Source of the DNA: Eledone cirrhosa
Lineage: Eukaryota
Direction of reading: 5' to 3'
DNA: 64,000 nt
NCBI GenBank assembly: GCA_964016885.1
Contig: OZ024753.1
Coordinates: 28,706,001-28,770,000, forward strand
This document shows, one piece after another, positions 58,947 through 64,000 of the stretch. The notes beneath the pieces were generated by a model, which saw only the letters and a program-made list of their open reading frames with translations, ran no database searches and was not told the origin of the DNA. The translations under genes were made by a program, and so were the position numbers. Within the stretch, counting starts at the first letter, position 1. Every line of letters starts with the position of its first letter.

Positions 58947-59608
58947 TACCTATCTTCCGGCCTCTCTAGAGAATCGTAAAAGCACATATCGTTATATGCT
59001 TTTTCTATGAAAATTAGTAGTGGGCAGACTAATTTGCATAGAGGGTGAGTACGTACCGGTTCAACGGAGACGATAAAAACAAATAACGAAACGAAATTAA
59101 ACCTCGTTTCGTTTGTAACTCACTTTTGTATGACTGACGCTTAAACAATTAAGTTAAAAATGTACATCCACATATGTATACTGAAATACTAGTATGCATA
59201 TGAATACACACACGTATACATATGTAGATGTACCGAGTTTTTCACTGGTCACTTTACTGCGAGTGTCCAGCTATTCTGTATGTAAACACACAGACAAACC
59301 GGTTTTTAGAGTCATACTGGTTTTTGAGGAAACATGTATACGTGTGTGTATTCATATGCATACTAGTATTTCAGTATACATATGTGGATGTACATTTTTA
59401 ACTTAATTGTTTAAGCGTCAGTCATACAAAAGTGAGTTACAAACGAAACGAGGTTTAATTTCGTTTCGTTATTTGTTTTTATCGTCTCCGTTGAACCGGT
59501 ACGTACTCACCCTCTATGCAAATTAGTCTGCCCACTACTAATTTTCATAGAAAAAGCATATAACGATATGTGCTTTTACGATTCTCTAGAGAGGCCGGAA
59601 GATAGGTA

Positions 59609-59653
59609 AATATTGCTGATGAGATGTAACAACATCGAAACTAGTTCAATATT
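59609..59653 (+). ncRNA. Minimal type I hammerhead ribozyme, inverted copy
   Basis: Stem I 59609-15/59647-53, CTGATGA 59616-22, stem II 59623-27/59632-36, GAAA 59637-40, palindromic stem III ACTAGT, GUU site at 59644-46. Confidence 0.9.
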
Positions 59654-59964
59654 CCTTGTCTGGCTTTCTGGAGAATAGAGGAAAGGTGTTTCCTCAAAAA
59701 CCAGTATGACTCTAAAAACCGGTTTGTCTGTGTGTTTACATACAGAATAGCTGGACACTCGCAGTAAAGTGACCAGTGAAAAACTCGGTACATCTACATA
59801 TGTATACGTGTGTGTATTCATATGCATACTAGTATTTCAGTATACATATGTGGATGTACATTTTTAACTTAATTGTTTATGTATATACATATATATGTAT
59901 ATACATATATATATATATATATGTATATACATATATATGTATATACATATATATATGTATATAC

Positions 59965-59996
<32 letters not shown>

Positions 59997-60004
59997 GTAT
60001 ATAC

Positions 60005-60035
<31 letters not shown>

Positions 60036-61175
60036 GAGAGCTTCCTTTCAAACAGAACCCAACATGTTGTAGTTGAAGGAGTCAAATCCAGCCCAGCCAA
60101 AGTCAGTAGTGGGGTCCCACAAGGCACTGTGTTGGGACCACTTCTCTTCATCATCTATATTAATGACATCACTGACATCATCAAACACAGCAACATTAAA
60201 ATTTTCGCTGATGATTCCAAGCTCCAAAAGGTCATCAATGGCGTGGATGACCGGATAAGCCTTCAGTCAGACCTACTGGCTGTTACCCAATGGGCGGAAA
60301 AGAACATGTTACTGAACGAAGACAAATTCGAACTGATCCACTTTGGAAAAGAGGATGCTCTGAAACTCCCGTACTCCCTTCCCTCCGGGGAAACTCTCGT
60401 GGCATCTAACAACATCAGAGACTTGGGAGTAACCATGGACAGCAACATAAGCTGGGCCACGCATATAAGCAGCAAAGTTGACATGGCCCGCAGAATGTGT
60501 TCCTGGATCCTCAGAACCTTCCAGTCGAGAGATTCCCACACCATTATCCTTCTCTTCTCTACTTTTGCCCGACCACACCTTGAATACTGTTGTCCACTGT
60601 GGTCTCCCCACACGAAACAAAGTATCATGAAACTTGAAGCTCCTCAAAGGGCAATCACGGAAAAGATAGATGGCATGTCAGACCTTGACTACTGGGGTCG
60701 ACTAGAAAAGCTGAAACTTTACTCACTCCAACGTCGCCGTGAGCGTTATATTATCTGCATGATGTGGAAAATGTTCCATCATCACTGCCCAAATGATGTT
60801 GGCATCACCTTCAAGATACACCCAAGGCTTGGGCCCAGTGCTATCCGTCCCATACAAAAATCTAAATCGCAACTCATAACAACAATACGGCACAATTATT
60901 TCACCTCAATCGGCCCTGCTCTCTTCAACATCACACCAGGACACGTCAAAACAGAAAGTGACCACACAAAATTCAAGAAGTCTTTGGACAAATTCCTCCA
61001 AGTAATCCCGGACAAACCACCCACACCCGGATATGTCTCCGCAAACAGTAATTCTCTTCTCGAATGGGCCATGGTGCCCAAATCATGAATTGAAAGACTT
61101 CGCCAGGTGGTGCTATTAAGTTAGACATGGCCTGGGCCAATACTGGCCAAAACATTTCAAAGTTATTCAAAGTTA
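60036..61175 (+). mobile_element. 5'-truncated CR1/L2-group LINE with open RT C-terminal frame and complete 3' UTR
   Basis: [23 protein letters not shown] and [13 protein letters not shown]; ends in TTCAAAGTTA repeats; embedded in TA repeats. Confidence 0.95.
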
Positions 61176-61213
61176 TATATGTATATACATATATATATGC
61201 ATATATATATATG

Positions 61214-61247
<34 letters not shown>

Positions 61248-61551
61248 CATATATATATATGTATATACATATATATATATGCATATATATATATATGTAT
61301 ATACATATATATACATATATATGTATATATATGTATATACATATATATATAAATGTATATACATATATATATATGTATATACATATATATATATACATAC
61401 ATATATATGTATATGTATACATATATATATGTATATACATATATATATATGTATATACATATATATATATATGTATACATATATATATATACATATATAT
61501 ATGTATATATATATATGTATATACATATATATATGTATATATATATATATG

Positions 61552-61618
<67 letters not shown>

Positions 61619-61650
61619 GTATATGTATATATATGTATATATATATATAT

Positions 61651-61996
61651 CATCATCATCATCATCATTTCATTTTACGTCCGCTTTTCCCTGCTTGCAA
61701 GGGTAGGACGGGAACTGATTCTGGCTTGATTTCTACAGCTGGATGCCCTTCCTAACACCAACCTCATTTACAGTGAGTGCTGGGTGCTTTTTTGCCGTGG
61801 CACCTCCACGACCACTTTGCAGTGGAATGATAGGGACCCCAGTCCCTATCATCTCATTTCTACAGCTGAGTAAACTGGAGCAATGTGAAATAAAGTGTCT
61901 TGCTCAAGGAAACAACACATCACCCAGTCTGAGAATTGAACTCACAACCTTTCGATTGCAAGCCCAATGCTCTAACCACTAAGCCATGTGCCTCCA
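61651..61996 (-). mobile_element. Full-length SINE family B
   Basis: Near-identical to 12076-12422. Confidence 0.92.
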
Positions 61997-62029
61997 TATA
62001 TATGTATATATATATATATGTATATGTAT

Positions 62030-64000
62030 ATAACTTTGAACTTTGAATAACTTTGAAATGTTTTGGCCAGTATTGGCCCAGGCCATGTCTAACTTAATAG
62101 CACCACCTGGCGAAGTCTTTCAATTCAGGATTTGGGCACCATGGCCCATTCGAGAAGAGAATTACTGTTTGCGGAGACATATCCGGGTGTGGGTGGTTTG
62201 TCCGGGATTACTTGGAGGAATTTGTCCAAAGACTTCTTGAATTTTGTGTGGTCACTTTCTGTTTTGACGTGTCCTGGTGTGATGTTGAAGAGAGCAGGGC
62301 CGATTGAGGTGAAATAATTGTGCCGTATTGTTGTTATGAGTTGCGATTTAGATTTTTGAATGGGACGGATAGCACTGGGCCCAAGCCTTGGGTGTATCTT
62401 GAAGGTGATGCCAACATCATTTGGGCAGTGATGATGGAACATTTTCCACATCATGCAGATAATATAACGCTCACGGCGACGTTGGAGTGAGTAAAGTTTC
62501 AGCTTTTCTAGTCGACCCCAGTAGTCAAGGTCTGACATGCCATCTATCTTTTTCGTGATTGCCCTTTGAGGAGCTTCAAGTTTCATGATACTTTGTTTCG
62601 TGTGGGGAGACCACAGTGGACAACAGTATTCAAGGTGTGGTCGGGCAAAAGTAGAGAAGAGAAGGATAATGGTGTGGGAATCTCTCGACTGGAAGGTTCT
62701 GAGGATCCAGGAACACATTCTGCAGGCCATGTCAACTTTGCTGCTTATATGCGTGGCCCAGCTTATGTTGCTGTCCACGGTTACTCCCAAGTCTCTGATG
62801 TTGTTAGATGCCACGAGAGTTTCCCCGGAGGGAAGGGAGTACGGGAGTTTCAGAGCATCCTCTTTTCCAAAGTGGATCAGTTTGAATTTGTCTTCGTTCA
62901 GTAACATGTTCTTTTCCGCCCATTGGGTAACAGCCAGTAGGTCTGACTGAAGGCTTATCCGGTCATCCATGCCATTGATGACCTTTTAGAGCTTGGAATC
63001 ATCAGCGAAAATTTTAATGTTGCTGTGTTTGATGATGTCAGTGATGTCATTAATATAGATGATGAAGAGAAGTGGGCCCAACACAGTGCCTTGTGGGACC
63101 CCACTACTGACTTTGGCTGGGCTGGATTTGACTCCTTCAACTACAACATGTTGGGTTCTATTTGACAGGAAGCTCTTGATCCAATGCAGCAGCTTTCCAG
63201 TGACACCAATATTGGACAGCTTTCTCAGTAGAATGTTATGATCAACCCTGTCAAAGGCCTTGCTGAAATCAAGGTAGATAACATCAGTGTTGGAACCCTC
63301 TCCCAAGGCTCTCAAAATGTCATCAAAGTGATGCAGTAGCTGCGTCAAGCAATCCCTTCCATTACGGAATCCATGCTGGTTGGAGTTCAGCATATTGTTA
63401 CTCTCAAGGAAGTGGGTCATTCGCGATCTCACCACTCTCTCAAATACCTTAATGATATGAGAGGTGAGTGAGATTGGACGGTAATTCACGGCAAGGGATT
63501 TGTTTCCCTTTTTGAAAACTGGGACAACAGACTGGGATAGAAGGTTTTCTGGCACATATCCAGCATCCAGTGAGTTCGGCCACAGATTGGCAAGAGGAGA
63601 TGCAAGTTGGTGTTGACACGCCTTCAAGACACAAGCAGGGAACCTATCGGGACCTACTGCTGAATTATGCTTGATTTCCTTTATTGCCGCTAAGACATCA
63701 GGGGTGCCAAACGTTATGTCCGATAAGGTGTAATGGGGAGTAACATCGCCGATACAGCCCAGATCTGCCATATCAGGATTGCTGAAAACAGAGCAGTATT
63801 GTTTCTGCAGTATCTCACCCATGGTTTTAGCATTGTCTTGAAGAGTGCCATTTTCATCAATTAGAGGGCCAACAGTAGAGCCAGTGATTTTGTGTTTTTT
63901 TGCAAATGAAAAGAACACTTTGGGATTGAGTTTGATCTTCTCAATGGCCCAGGCCTCTTCAGCTCTTCTCTGATTGTTGATGAGGGACATTATGTTGTTT
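62030..64000 (-). mobile_element. CR1/L2-group LINE ORF2 (reverse transcriptase), continuing beyond the window; one premature stop
   Basis: [45 protein letters not shown] and FADD; CAA>TAA at 62986-62988 splits ORFs 62986-63990 and 62125-62970. Confidence 0.96.

Larger units (their letters stand above)
57679..59879. mobile_element. 466-bp tandem array (~3.55 units, 57679-59334) plus an inverted 1.2-unit copy (59334-59879); retrozyme/Penelope pLTR-like
   Basis: Units start at 57679, 58145, 58611 and 59077 and appear identical; inversion junction at ~59334; both outer ends abut (TA/TAC)n. Confidence 0.95.

Overview
This is AT-rich eukaryotic, essentially non-genic DNA. It is most likely from an octopus or other cephalopod; that is inferred from the SINE types and the very large (TA)n/(TACA)n load, not proven. 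I found no convincing host protein-coding exon, and almost all long ORFs in the track are microsatellite artefacts. The window is a transposon graveyard. It holds a decayed R4/Dong-type RLE non-LTR element (1-2850), RTE fragments (one with a PHD finger inside the RT), four CR1/L2-group LINE pieces, and CRE-like and mariner relics. It also has two abundant tRNA-derived SINE families, Tc1-, hAT- and piggyBac-type MITEs, minisatellites and a 200-N gap. The most interesting signal is non-coding. First, a 466-bp unit occurs as about 3.5 head-to-tail copies plus a 1.2-unit inverted copy (57679-59879), and each full unit carries an intact minimal type I hammerhead ribozyme, which resembles a retrozyme or Penelope pLTR. 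Second, about a dozen short fold-back (palindromic) elements sit mostly in (TA)n tracts. Many carry hammerhead motifs with covarying stems and an invariant C-C mismatch in stem II. All structures were read by eye; no folding, alignment or database search was run, and repeat boundaries are approximate.
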